A stretch of 64,000 bases of DNA from Paraspadella gotoi. Its lineage: Eukaryota; Animalia; Chaetognatha. This document shows positions 12,607 to 24,476 of the stretch, piece after piece. A program made the translations under genes and the position numbers. The number at the start of each line of letters is the position of its first letter. Within the stretch, counting starts at the first letter, position 1. A model generated the notes under the pieces. That model ran no database searches. It was not told where the DNA came from and saw nothing but the letters and a program-made list of their open reading frames with translations. Location of the stretch: positions 23,384,403-23,448,402 of the forward strand of contig CM119263.1 in NCBI GenBank assembly GCA_051294375.1. Direction: 5' to 3'.

Positions 12607-12969
12607 GAGAAGAGAGAGAGAGAGAGAGAGAGAGCTCATTGTTAATCACTCCTAATTTGATTGAATTTTAAAGAGATGTAAATGAGATTGATAAAACTTT
12701 TACGATTGCGTTCGAGCGGCTTTATTTCCAATGCATTTGCGTCTCGACACCTTAGTTTCGAAAAGTATACATTGCAATATAAGTATGTATTTATTTATCT
12801 AATTACTGAAATAGATCTGACCGCTAATTAGATCGTTTCGCTTTTTTTTTCTTTCTTTTTCATTCTCCTCTGGGTAGATACTCTATCCTGTCGATCCGAT
12901 ATGAAATATGTAAACTAAAAAAGACAACACAATGACGATGCTCTCTCTCTCTCTCTCTCCCTCTCTCTT

Positions 12970-13002
<33 letters not shown>

Positions 13003-16000
13003 ACCGCGGCGCCAGTTCATTGTTTCCGGCGCCGCTTATTACGCTCGGTGGCGCCACCTATCGCCCATCTGCGTCGAGCGATCACGTGACAACGCGGCGT
13101 CGATTCGTATATCGACGACGACGACAACAACGACAGCGGCGACGCCAGGGATATCGGCGCCGCCGACGAATGATGGCACTCCGTTACTCCCTAGCGCCGG
13201 CGACCGCCCGCGTCCCCCGTACACGAAGGCGAACGAACTCATGGATTTCGCGCGCGCATGCGCGTCCTTTTTTCCTTTAAATCCGTCGCAACGTCGACGC
13301 TTGCATCGGCGGACCATCGGCGGACCATCGGAATAAATAAAAAAAACAAACATTCGATAAATATTGACTAATTGACTGAGCGTGGAACGGGCGACGCCGT
13401 CCCATCACCCGCGGCGTCGTTCGATTCTCCCCATTTTATTCCATTGGCGAACTCAATCGCCGCGAATTCCGTTACTACATTATTATATTATTATTATATT
13501 ATATATTATTATTATTATTATACTACATTACTACAACAAGAATCCTCCTTTCCCTATCGTCCACTCAGCCGCGTTTCTCCATCATTTTTGACTGATCGAA
13601 TCTGAGATCGATTTTTGGTCAACGTCCCTGCTCATTTTCGATACCCCCTGGCCTCATAGTTTTCCCATCAACTCCATCGTCGATAACTGACCCTTTCCTC
13701 CATCGATCTTCGCGATCATTATCTTTTCCATTTTTCCAATTTTCACTTTATCACTCTTTCACTCTCACTCGCCATCGTCATCACCCCTTTCACACATCCC
13801 CCCCCCCCTAAAGCGGCGTCGAGCGCGTCCGTGATTTATCCGATCCAAATATAATAGACAATAATTTATCTAGCGCCGACGACCGGCCGCCCCCTATCTT
13901 TTTTTTCCCTTCCTCTCACGCGAGCGCGCTCGCTACGCCGGCGCCGGGCCGGGCGGACCGGCGTCACGCGGCGCCGCGTCCCGGAGACATGTTTCACTCG
14001 AAACACTTGATGCTTAGGATAATTATGATCGTTAATCAACATTGTTTTGACCCGAGCCGTCGTCGGCGGCTCGGTCGTCGGTCCAGTTAGTTGTCGTCGT
14101 TGTTGTCCTTTGTTCACGTTCGTCGTCTGCTCGCGACTTAAAAAAAGAAAAAGGAAAGGAAGAACAATGACGATCTGGGCGCCGAAGGATCCGATTATAT
14201 CAAGGGGGAAAAATTACTTTTTATGAAGGAAGAGAGAGAGATGGAGATGAGAGAAGGAGAAGAGAAGAGAANNNNNNNNNNNNNNNNNNNNNNNNNNNNN
14301 NNNNNNNNNNNNNNNNNNNNNNNNNNNNNNNNNNNNNNNNNNNNNNNNNNNNNNNNNNNNNNNNNNNNNNNNNNNNNNNNNNNNNNNNNNNNNNNNNNNN
14401 NNNNNNNNNNNNNNNNNNNNNNNNNNNNNNNNNNNNNNNNNNNNNNNNNNNNNNNNNNNNNNNNNNNNNNNNNNNNNNNNNNNNNNNNNNNNNNNNNNNN
14501 NNNNNNNNNNNNNNNNNNNNNNNNNNNNNNNNNNNNNNNNNNNNNNNNNNNNNNNNNNNNNNNNNNNNNNNNNNNNNNNNNNNNNNNNNNNNNNNNNNNN
14601 NNNNNNNNNNNNNNNNNNNNNNNNNNNNNNNNNNNNNNNNNNNNNNNNNNNNNNNNNNNNNNNNNNNNNNNNNNNNNNNNNNNNNNNNNNNNNNNNNNNN
14701 NNNNNNNNNNNNNNNNNNNNNNNNNNNNNNNNNNNNNNNNNNNNNNNNNNNNNNNNNNNNNNNNNNNNNNNNNNNNNNNNNNNNNNNNNNNNNNNNNNNN
14801 NNNNNNNNNNNNNNNNNNNNNNNNNNNNNNNNNNNNNNNNNNNNNNNNNNNNNNNNNNNNNNNNNNNNNNNNNNNNNNNNNNNNNNNNNNNNNNNNNNNN
14901 NNNNNNNNNNNNNNNNNNNNNNNNNNNNNNNNNNNNNNNNNNNNNNNNNNNNNNNNNNNNNNNNNNNNNNNNNNNNNNNNNNNNNNNNNNNNNNNNNNNN
15001 NNNNNNNNNNNNNNNNNNNNNNNNNNNNNNNNNNNNNNNNNNNNNNTTAATGTAAATTAAGGTAAATTTTTAAAATGTATACTCATTTAAAGATTAAGAA
15101 GAAGCGAACATTAAAAGCATAAAACGTTTATCATGGCATTCTTTCGAGTTTTTCTGATAATTGTGAGAAACGAATTTTCGAAAGTAGTAGTATTCCCACC
15201 TGCGGTTTCAACCACGGCCGTTTCAGCGAAATCCCCCCCCCACTCCCACCTAAACCGCCGAATATATCCCCTCCTCCCGTATCAACCACCCCCCCCCCCC
15301 TCTCACGCGACGCGTCGAGATGAAGACGGAAAAACGGATGTGGGAAAATTCGTATTTCGTTGGAATTTCCACTTCATCTTTAATCAAGACCAGACGCGAA
15401 TTCAAAAAGCCGCCTTTGCAAACTGACAAAAAAAAAACATTAAATTCAAAGGCAAAAAAAACCTGCGCCCCGTGCCGCTCCGCCCCTCTGCCGCTGCCGC
15501 TGCCGCCGCCGCCGGCGACGACGCCACTGACGACGGAGAAAGCGCGGGGGATTTTTTTTTTCGACATCGGAAATGATTTGTCTCTTTTTTTTTACTTTCA
15601 AACTATACATTTTTCAGGGAATAATTTGTTTCGCTCTTTTAAATTCGCTAAATTGCGAAATGATTTTGTCGCGAGCGCCTGGGAGAGACGCCGGTTGGGG
15701 GTTCGGTTGGCTGGGGCGGAGAATGGGGTTTAAAAAGAGGGCGTGGCTGAGGGGGAACGATGTGGGTGACGGCGGGGACGAGATCCCGAGTGATTAACGT
15801 TCGGAAATGAAAAATAATACAAGAAATATAAATCCGCGAGAAAAAAGTTTTTTTTTCCCGCGAATTCCATATGAAAGGAGCGACTTTTGTGGGTGAGATG
15901 CTTAGAGTTGATTAATAACTTAAAAGGCGAAAAAAAAAGTGGTTTGGCGATAGTAACATCTAGTTTAGTAGTTGATTCAACATATAATCGAATTCAGGAA

Positions 16001-16080
16001 TTAAGGATTAATTAAGGAAAAATTATAATTATTAATAATGGAATTGGTTGAATGTTATGGGTTAAAAAAAAAATGCATTG

Positions 16081-16176
16081 ATGGAGGTCTTAAACCACCA
16101 AAGCCTGCCAAAGTCAGGGGCAAGATAGCTTATTTATTAAATGAAGGAATACTTTTATATTGGTTGTACCAATTTC
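16081..16176 (+). repeat. ~95-bp inverted copy of intronic sequence 2056-2154
   Basis: atggaggtcttaaaccaccaaagcctgccaaagtcaggggcaagatagcttatttattaaatga...tggttgtaccaatttc is the reverse complement of 2056-2154 with a few differences. Confidence 0.9.
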
Positions 16177-17197
16177 TTTAAAAAGGAAATTTTGAATTAA
16201 AAAAACTGAGAAGGTTAAAGGAAGACTTTGAAAAAGTGAGTAAAAAAACCTAAAAAAGAAAAAAAGCGAAGTAAAAAACGAGGGAAAAAAAAAGGAAAAA
16301 AAATCACACAAAAAAAGAGAAGAAATTAGGAAAAAAAAGGGAAAAAAAGGGAATCGTGGAAGAAAACGATCGGCGTCTCTCGACTCACAGCGCCTCCTCT
16401 CATCATCGCCGCGACGAAATCAACAGAAAACTACGACCAAAAAAAAAAAAAAAAAATAGAGAAACGAACAAAAGAACAAAAGACAAACAAAAGACAAACA
16501 AAAGACGTCGAAAACGGGAGAGGAAAAAAAAACGAAGACCACACACATCCACACAAAAGCGGCGTTCGAGGAGAGAAATCGGCGGTGGAGAGAGGCTTGG
16601 CGGGGGCGGTGGGGTAGGGGTGGGTGGAAGGAAGAAGAGAAAAAAAAAGGGGTTAGCGCTTCGCCGGAACTTAATGCGGAGAAAATGGTGTTGACGTTGG
16701 CGGCCGAAACGGCGCGGCGACGCCGACAACGCCGGCGATGATTAAGCGACGCCGAATTCAAAAACCGGAAAAAAAAAAAGAATAAGGCCTCGAGAAATGA
16801 ATGTCCTTCGGTATTATTATTATTTTTTTTTTTCGCCTTCATCATCAGCGAATTATTTTTAGCAGCTTTTCACTGCGGCCGCCATTTTTTTTTGTGTGTT
16901 CGCCGTCGTAGTCGTCGTAAATATCGTCGTCGTCGTCATTATCTCAGTCATTATCGTCACGAAGAACGAAGACGACGATGACGGCGACGATACAAAAGGG
17001 AGAGAGAGAGAGAGAGAGAGAAAAAATATATTCTCCCGGTTTTTTTGTCCTTCCATTCTCTTTTGGCGTCGGCGGCGTCGAAAGCGCCGCAAGAGGAGAG
17101 GAGGCGCCGCATTTTCGGGCGCGGGCGCGTTTGGGAAGGACTCCGACGTCGGTGTATTTTGGGAAGGAGGGAGGAGTGAGATAGAGAGAGAAAAATA

Positions 17198-17233
<36 letters not shown>

Positions 17234-17854
17234 AAATAAGAAAACAAAGAAAACAAATTTTCGGGATCTACTTTAGGGTCGACGCACAGAATTAAGCCTC
17301 ATCGCCGCGAGATGGCGAATTAGCGAGGGAAGAGAGAGAGCGAGACAGAGCCACGTCGTCCCGGAAACGGTGCCTGTTATATAGAGCGTCCCCACCCTCA
17401 AAACTCGCTTTCATCTAAGCACTTTAAACATCGCCTCTCATCTCTCTCCTCTCTCTCTCTTCTCCCTTCAACCTCCGCAATTTCTCCTCGATCTAATTTG
17501 CATATTTAACGTCGTAAACGAAATTACGTCGCGGTTTCAGAGACGAACGACGGATCCGAATTACGTCGTCGGAGAGATTGTTTACGTTTTAGGTAAATAT
17601 CGCGCCAATGTTATTCAATGACGTTTCTTTTGTTTTTTTTTCTGTTTTTTTTTGACAGACGGAAACTAGGATGCGCAAGGACTTCGTCGAAATAAATTTC
17701 CAGTTATTTCCTGTCTGGCTAACTTTGTAATTTTCAGCTTCTTTTTTTCTATTGGTTTCTATTGAGTTATAATTTTCCCCTCTTCTTTTTATTTATAGTT
17801 TTTCCTGCATATCTCATTTACTCTTCTTTTAATTTTCTCTACTATTCCTCTTTT

Positions 17855-18062
17855 CTTCTCTTCTCTTCCCTTCCCCTCCCTTCCTTTCCCCTTCCCTTCC
17901 CTCCCTTCCCTTCCCTTCCTGCTCCCCATTTTCCTCTCTCTCCCGCTGCCGCTTCCCCTTCCCTTCCTTCCCTTCCCTTGCCCTTCCCTTCCCTCCCTTC
18001 TCTTCCCTTCCCTCCCTTCCCTCCCTTTCCCTTCCACTTCCCTTCCTTCCCTTCCCTTCCCC
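17855..18062. repeat. (CCCTT)n polypyrimidine tract
   Basis: About 200 bp of degenerate CCCTT repeats. Confidence 0.85.
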
Positions 18063-18257
18063 GTTGCAAATCCACATCCCCATCCCTCTCTACTCACCTC
18101 ATTGGCCTCTCATGCTGCTCATCAAACAAAGAAGTCCGCGTCGGATCTGAAAAAAGAGAAGAAGAAAAAAGAATGAAAAATCGAAGAGAGAAAAGAAAAA
18201 GAAGAAAGGGATCGAGAGGATCGGTTTGACTCGTTTTTGCACAAGAGTCGGACGGTC

Positions 18258-18288
<31 letters not shown>

Positions 18289-18520
18289 CGAGAGAAGAGA
18301 AGGCGAGAGAGAGAGAAGAGAGGAGAGAGAGAGAGGAGAGAGAGAGGAAAGAATAAAAAAAGTAAAACGTAAATAGACTCGTCCGATGAAGAGAAAGAAG
18401 CGAAGATTTAAAATATTGATAAGTAGAAAAAAACCTCGGAGAGCGGGGACGAAAAGCAGAGAGAGAGAGAGAGAGAGAGAGAGACTGAGATTAAGATTAA
18501 AGATATGGAGGGAGACTTAC

Positions 18521-18608
18521 TTCGAGTCGGCCGCTCCGTTGGGGATTCCTTGCCCAGGATTCGATCCAGATTTCATCAGCAGGATTTCGGAATGCGCTCG
18601 TTGAAGAG
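18521..18608 (-). CDS. cut: probable upstream cut/CUX exon
   Basis: Strong acceptor tttctttcag| at 18608 and donor |gtaagt at 18521. One frame is open: LQRAHSEILLMKSGSNPGQGIPNGAADS. Confidence 0.6.
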
Positions 18609-19875
18609 CTGAAAGAAAAAAAACAAAGAGTAAACAACATCAATAATATCATTAATTTAATTATTAAAAAGCGAGGTTAATTTACTGCGCGAAGAAAATT
18701 GATTAGGAAAAACGATCGAGGAACGGCCGGGCGGAAGACGACGTGGAACGAGGGGGAGCGAGAAAAACAAAACAAGGAAGGAAAAAAAAAAGTACGGTAA
18801 GAATTACTGTTGCGTGTTTCAAGGTTTTCTTTCGTCCCGGCGGAATCGGGAGGAAAGGGGGGGAGATGGTAGGAAGGACGGGGCGGAAGGAGGAAGGAAA
18901 AAGGAGGAGGAAAAAGGAAAAGAAAGGTTGAGCGAAGAACAAAGGAATGACTTAAACTTCTGTGCTTTCATTTTTCTCTTCCCATTTCAACATTTGCCTT
19001 ATATTTTTCCCTTCACTCTCCCTAACCCCCGAGTTTACTTAGATGTTTTTCAGTTCTCCCTCCGCTCTACGGAATATATGTGACACGGGGAAGGTGCGGG
19101 CGGCGGTGAGCGCAACCTTAATCGATTATCGTAAACGCAGTTTAAGAAACAAAAGATAAGGGTAAACAAAAGGGGAATGGAACTTGGGAGAAACGGAGAC
19201 GAACGCGGAGAAAAATGGCGAGTGGTGGAGTGTGAGGTGATGGTTGGTGATTAGTGAGAAGAATAGTGAATCGCCAGGTGAAAGGTGTGATTTAGTGATT
19301 TAAAAATATTTGGGGAAAAATTAACATTTTCAAAGGTTTCTTAATTAGTATATTTGCATAAGCCTTTGAGCCTGGTTTATGGGAAGTAGGTTTTTAAAGG
19401 TAGCAATGTATTAGGCTGTGAATTAGACAAGAATATATAGATTAGAGCGTAGTGAAAGTCACGTATGAAAATTCTAATTGTCAATTATGAACAACCTACC
19501 ACCAGTGAACATTAACTTATAAAAAAAATTAATTTTATATTTTTCAAGTTTAGTTTTTAGTTTTACTTTTCCAATAATTGTTGGTGAGAAATTAATAATT
19601 TAAATTATGCGAGATGGCGAATACCTACCAATACCATATATTTACTATACAAGCAAACTTCCAACTACGCACGACATTGTTGCTTTTCGCTTTAAGAATA
19701 ATTCAATCGCAATTTAAGTCATTCGAACCGAGACTCAGGACTTTCCCGAGCGTTTAATCCTCCTTCTCTCCGCCAATGTTAATATACACTACCCGCGCGC
19801 CCATTGCCCCCCAACCTATTCCGCCCCCGCTCCTTTTTACCCGGGCCCACACCTTCATTTCGTCAAAATACTCAC

Positions 19876-20220
19876 CCTAAGGTCAGCGTCAGCGACATTC
19901 GATGTCTACGCCGTCTTCAATTTTCTCCACGAAAATTATCACAGTCGCTCCGAGCGAGACGATGGTCGGCGAAGGAGGGCCGGATGAGGACGCGGAGGAC
20001 GAGCACGGCGGCGCCGGAACAAGGCATGCCGCGACGGACCGAGGGAGAATGCGGCCTAAGCGGCCTGGAAGGTCCGAGGAAGCTACGATTACGCGCGGAG
20101 AGGGACGAGAGAACCATCGGCGAGGGGACTGCGCCTGCTGCACGGCGTCGTAAGGCGGGGCTCGGCGAGTGAATGGAGGGTGGAGCGTGAGGGTGCGAAG
20201 GGTCGGCCGGGAGTTTCGCT
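19876..20220 (-). CDS. cut: probable upstream cut/CUX exon, frameshifted in this assembly
   Basis: GC-rich block bounded by ttaccttcag| and |gtgagta. All three frames contain stops, but it sits in a noisy segment ending at an adapter-like 10-mer and a 25-N gap (20291-20325). Confidence 0.4.
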
Positions 20221-20554
20221 CTGAAGGTAAAGGTGGTTGTGATGACCTCGATAATGAACTAATTCAACTAAAACTTGTTATTCCAGTATAATCTCTCTCT
20301 NNNNNNNNNNNNNNNNNNNNNNNNNATAAAAAGATTATAAAACAAAAGGTTAGACTTAAGCTCGTCAACGGCGCTCTTCTTGCTAAAAACTGGATCATAC
20401 TTAAAAACATTAAAAGAGTAAATTGTCAGCTTGGTACATAGAGAATACTTAGTTAAACCTGTTAGTCTCTTTTTCTCTTAGAAAGTTAAACTTTTTTTTT
20501 TCTAGCACAGAAGAGACAGTAATAATTGTTATGAGTTAGTGACTGAACCGTTTA

Positions 20555-20710
20555 ATATAAGCAGTCCCTGAGCTTCGGATCAGGCTGTAACACCCTATTA
20601 CAGGCGGGTTAACCGGTTAAGCGCCCTGTCCCTCTCAGCGACGACCGGGCTGGAACCCCGGACCTTTGGGTTAGGAGGCGAATGACTTGCCTCCTGCACC
20701 ATTTTAGTCC
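20555..20710 (-). mobile_element. tRNA-derived SINE-like element in a cut intron
   Basis: Minus strand shows A-box-like TGGTGCAGGAGG, then GCCTCCTAACCCA (like the tRNA-Arg(CCT) anticodon arm), then B-box-like GGTTCCAGCCC and an unrelated GC-rich body. Cloverleaf stems are imperfect. Confidence 0.5.
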
Positions 20711-20815
20711 ACCATCGCATCTTAATTACTACCGGCCGATTAATCATTTAAATTTCAGATTCACTTTCGAACGTCTCTTATTTCCGTTTCGCTTAAATCG
20801 CTGTTTTTTCCTCAC

Positions 20816-21205
20816 CTTCCCTTTCCCCTCCTCGACGAACGACGCCGTCTCCGTCTCTCCGGCGTCGTCTCTCGATCCGTCCTCGACGCCTGAGGACGCC
20901 GTCAGTTCGGCGTCGCTCTCCCGGCGCGATCTCGGCAATGACGCCATCTGTGCAGCGTCCGAGGTTTCGTGAGTTTCGAGTCTGGAATCGTTCGTCGGCG
21001 CCGAATCCGACGGAAGGTCGATTGAGGCGGCTTCGGAGGCGGAGGCGGTCGCGTCGGCAGCTTCGAAGACGTCGGCGACGTTATCGTCAGAGGCGTGGTT
21101 AAACTCGACGGAGTCTTTCGTCGTTTCGTTCTCCTCGATGCTCTTTTGTTTTCGATCGTCGGCGTCGAACGCAGCGACGTCTTCCTGCATCATTTTGCGC
21201 GGAAA
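20816..21205 (-). CDS. cut: probable upstream cut/CUX exon, acidic low-complexity (130 codons, phase 0/0)
   Basis: Acceptor ttttgtttcag| at 21205 and donor AAG|gtgag at 20816. Open frame FPRKMMQEDVAAFDADD...SFVEEGKGK with coding-like GC content in AT-rich flanks. Assignment to cut rests on strand and position only. Confidence 0.6.
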
Positions 21206-21413
21206 CTGAAACAAAAGTAACGGGAAAGAAAATTAATGTTATTTATTATATTATTATCATTAATATTTCGCGACTATTTTAAACATTCAATTATAAATAA
21301 AACATAATAAAACAAGAGAAAAAATTGACGCAAAAAAATATAGAAATTGAAGAACGGAATTGATTTATTTATTTTTCTTTTTTTTCACTCTCATACGATT
21401 ATAATCGAAAATA

Positions 21414-21887
21414 ATCGATAAAAAAAAATATAAAAAACTGTACAGTCATTCTCGCTCTGAGATCGCTCAATCAATAAATTGGCCGAACGGCCAACATTCT
21501 TTGCCGAGCGCGTATCGATCGTTCTCTGAATTTATCATTAAGTTGAGTCGATCTGACAGAAAATATGCTATCTCGCGTTTTATCAATTGATCAAGCCATT
21601 TAAAAACAACAATCGATCAATGAATCGGGCAGTTGTTCAGGCAATCAATCAAGCAATCAATCGATTAATAAATCAATAAAACTTATACGCTTGCGTTGTT
21701 CGTCCGCAGGCCATCGCTCATTCAATCAATCAATCATTCTCAGACTTCATCGCCAATTCGTTCACTTGAGATTATAATACAAAAATTTATGAGGATACAA
21801 ATTAATATTTGACATCTAACATTATACAAAAAATAAAAAATTAGTCATGACATAATTTCTTGGACGAGAAAAAAGAACTCCATCGAT
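21414..21887. promoter_or_regulatory. cluster of about 14 ATCGAT/ATCAAT motifs (CUT-class binding consensus)
   Basis: Hand count of sites: 21414, 21470, 21514, 21582, 21586, 21612, 21616, 21644, 21656, 21660, 21672, 21725, 21729, 21882. Function is inferred. Confidence 0.35.
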
Positions 21888-23639
21888 TAATCGAAGACCG
21901 AGGGAGCGGGAAGCGGATGGGGGGGCGCCAGGGGGCGGAAGGAAATAATGTTCGATCGCGCGAAGCGACGCGCGCAAATTGGAAAGGATTTACTCTGTCT
22001 CAAAACTTCCGGGAGCGGAAAGGGTAGGGGGGGAATGATTTGGCATGGATTATAGAATTTGAGAACATTATTGTCAAAAGTAAAAACAACGAGCTCTCTC
22101 CCAAAATAGCCATAGACGAAGTGTAGACAATCTTTAAAAAGTGACGCTGCGCATTGAGCAAGCAGCTAAACTATAAAGTTCTGCAGAGTCTTGGATTCGC
22201 GTCGCCAACGACAACGCGATAAATTAGGGAGACGAAGCATTCGGAAATCGATCGATAGGAAATGTAAGANNNNNNNNNNNNNNNNNNNNNNNNNNNNNNN
22301 NNNNNNNNNNNNNNNNNNNNNNNNNNNNNNNNNNNNNNNNNNNNNNNNNNNNNNNNNNNNNNNNNNNNNNNNNNNNNNNNNNNNNNNNNNNNNNNNNNNN
22401 NNNNNNNNNNNNNNNNNNNNNNNNNNNNNNNNNNNNNNNNNNNNNNNNNNNNNNNNNNNNNNNNNNNNNNNNNNNNNNNNNNNNNNNNNNNNNNNNNNNN
22501 NNNNNNNNNNNNNNNNNNNNNNNNNNNNNNNNNNNNNNNNNNNNNNNNNNNNNNNNNNNNNNNNNNNNNNNNNNNNNNNNNNNNNNNNNNNNNNNNNNNN
22601 NNNNNNNNNNNNNNNNNNNNNNNNNNNNNNNNNNNNNNNNNNNNNNNNNNNNNNNNNNNNNNNNNNNNNNNNNNNNNNNNNNNNNNNNNNNNNNNNNNNN
22701 NNNNNNNNNNNNNNNNNNNNNNNNNNNNNNNNNNNNNNNNNNNNNNNNNNNNNNNNNNNNNNNNNNNNNNNNNNNNNNNNNNNNNNNNNNNNNNNNNNNN
22801 NNNNNNNNNNNNNNNNNNNNNNNNNNNNNNNNNNNNNNNNNNNNNNNNNNNNNNNNNNNNNNNNNNNNNNNNNNNNNNNNNNNNNNNNNNNNNNNNNNNN
22901 NNNNNNNNNNNNNNNNNNNNNNNNNNNNNNNNNNNNNNNNNNNNNNNNNNNNNNNNNNNNNNNNNNNNNNNNNNNNNNNNNNNNNNNNNNNNNNNNNNNN
23001 NNNNNNNNNNNNNNNNNNNNNNNNNNNNNNNNNNNNNNNNNNNNNNNNNNNNNNNNNNNNNNNNNNNNNNNNNNNNNNNNNNNNNNNNNNNNNNNNNNNN
23101 NNNNNNNNNNNNNNNNNNNNNNNNNNNNNNNNNNNNNNNNNNNNNNNNNNNNNNNNNNNNNNNNNNNNNNNNNNNNNNNNNNNNNNNNNNNNNNNNNNNN
23201 NNNNNNNNNNNNNNNNCCTCGGATAGGTTTTCATGGGTCGTTTCAAAAGGGGGAGGAAAAAATAAGAGAGAGAAGAGAGAGAGAGAGAGAGACTGCGTTT
23301 TCACTAGTGTGAGGTTTTTTGAAGGGACATCCCGATTCTTCGACTTTTTTTTCGATGTTCTTTTTTTCGGTTCTCACGTTGAAAACCGGAAACGAAAAAA
23401 AAGAGAGAAAATCTCGACTGCTTTCGAATTTTTTTCCCCCCGAGAGAGGGAAAAAATCGAGTGCGAAAACAAAAGGCCGAAAGTCCGGAGAATTTATAAA
23501 ATTGGAAAGGGGGGAAAGGAAAAATGATATAAAAATATTACTCGGTGCCAATTTTTGAGAAAAAAAATCAGTTACGCGTTTCATCTCGCGGTTTTACGAG
23601 AACCGAAGTCAAAATATTCACACGCGAATTTCATTACGA

Positions 23640-23690
<51 letters not shown>

Positions 23691-24439
23691 TCGTCGTAGT
23701 CGTCGTCGTCGTCGCTGTAATCATCACCGTCGGTGGTCTCAGCGTCGAAATGAAAACAAGACGAAAGGAAAAAAGGAAAGGTAAGGCAATGAAACGATTA
23801 AACTTTGCTTATGATTTGATTTGATTTGATTTTGCCAAATCGAAATTCTTCGATATGTTTTCTTCGTTGTTTTCGTTTGTTTTGTTTACAATTTTTGAAT
23901 GTTTTCATTTCGTCGAACGAATTACTCAATCGAATTTGCCGGCGAAATGAAAAAAAAAAAAAAAATCGACATCGAGACGAGGAACTTTCGAGCGACGAAT
24001 GGAACGAGAAGGATTCGATCGAAAAATGGAAAAAAGAAATTTTACCGAAAATGGAAAAATGGAAAAAAATGGAGTTGTTTTGGTCTCTCGATCGCTGGGT
24101 ATCGATTAAGGAAAAGAACCGGCCATTTTTCTCTTTTCTCTCTCACGTGACCCAGTTTGTTTCGATCGCGCGGTTTGTTTTCCGTCGCACGCAATCAAGT
24201 TCGGCGACAATTAATCGGAAAGTAAAACGGCGAAAGAAAAATCACGAAATGTGGAAATGGAGAGAGAGAGAGANNNNNNNNNNNNNNNNNNNNNNNNNNN
24301 NNNNNNNNNNNNNNNNNNNNNNNNNNNNNNNNNNNNNNNNNNNNNNNNNNNNNNNNNNNNNNNNNNNNNNNNNNNNNNNNNNNNNNNNNNNNNNNNNNNN
24401 NNNNNNNNNNNNNNNNNNNNNNNNNNNNNNNNNNNNNNN

Positions 24440-24476
<37 letters not shown>

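Noticed and set aside
19876-20220. Programmed frameshift, readthrough or poison exon in cut
   Set aside because: The stops lie in a noisy read-derived segment next to a 25-N gap, so sequencing error is the simpler explanation.
20640-20710. Functional tRNA-Arg gene
   Set aside because: Acceptor and anticodon stems do not pair properly and the B box is degenerate. A SINE head explains it better.
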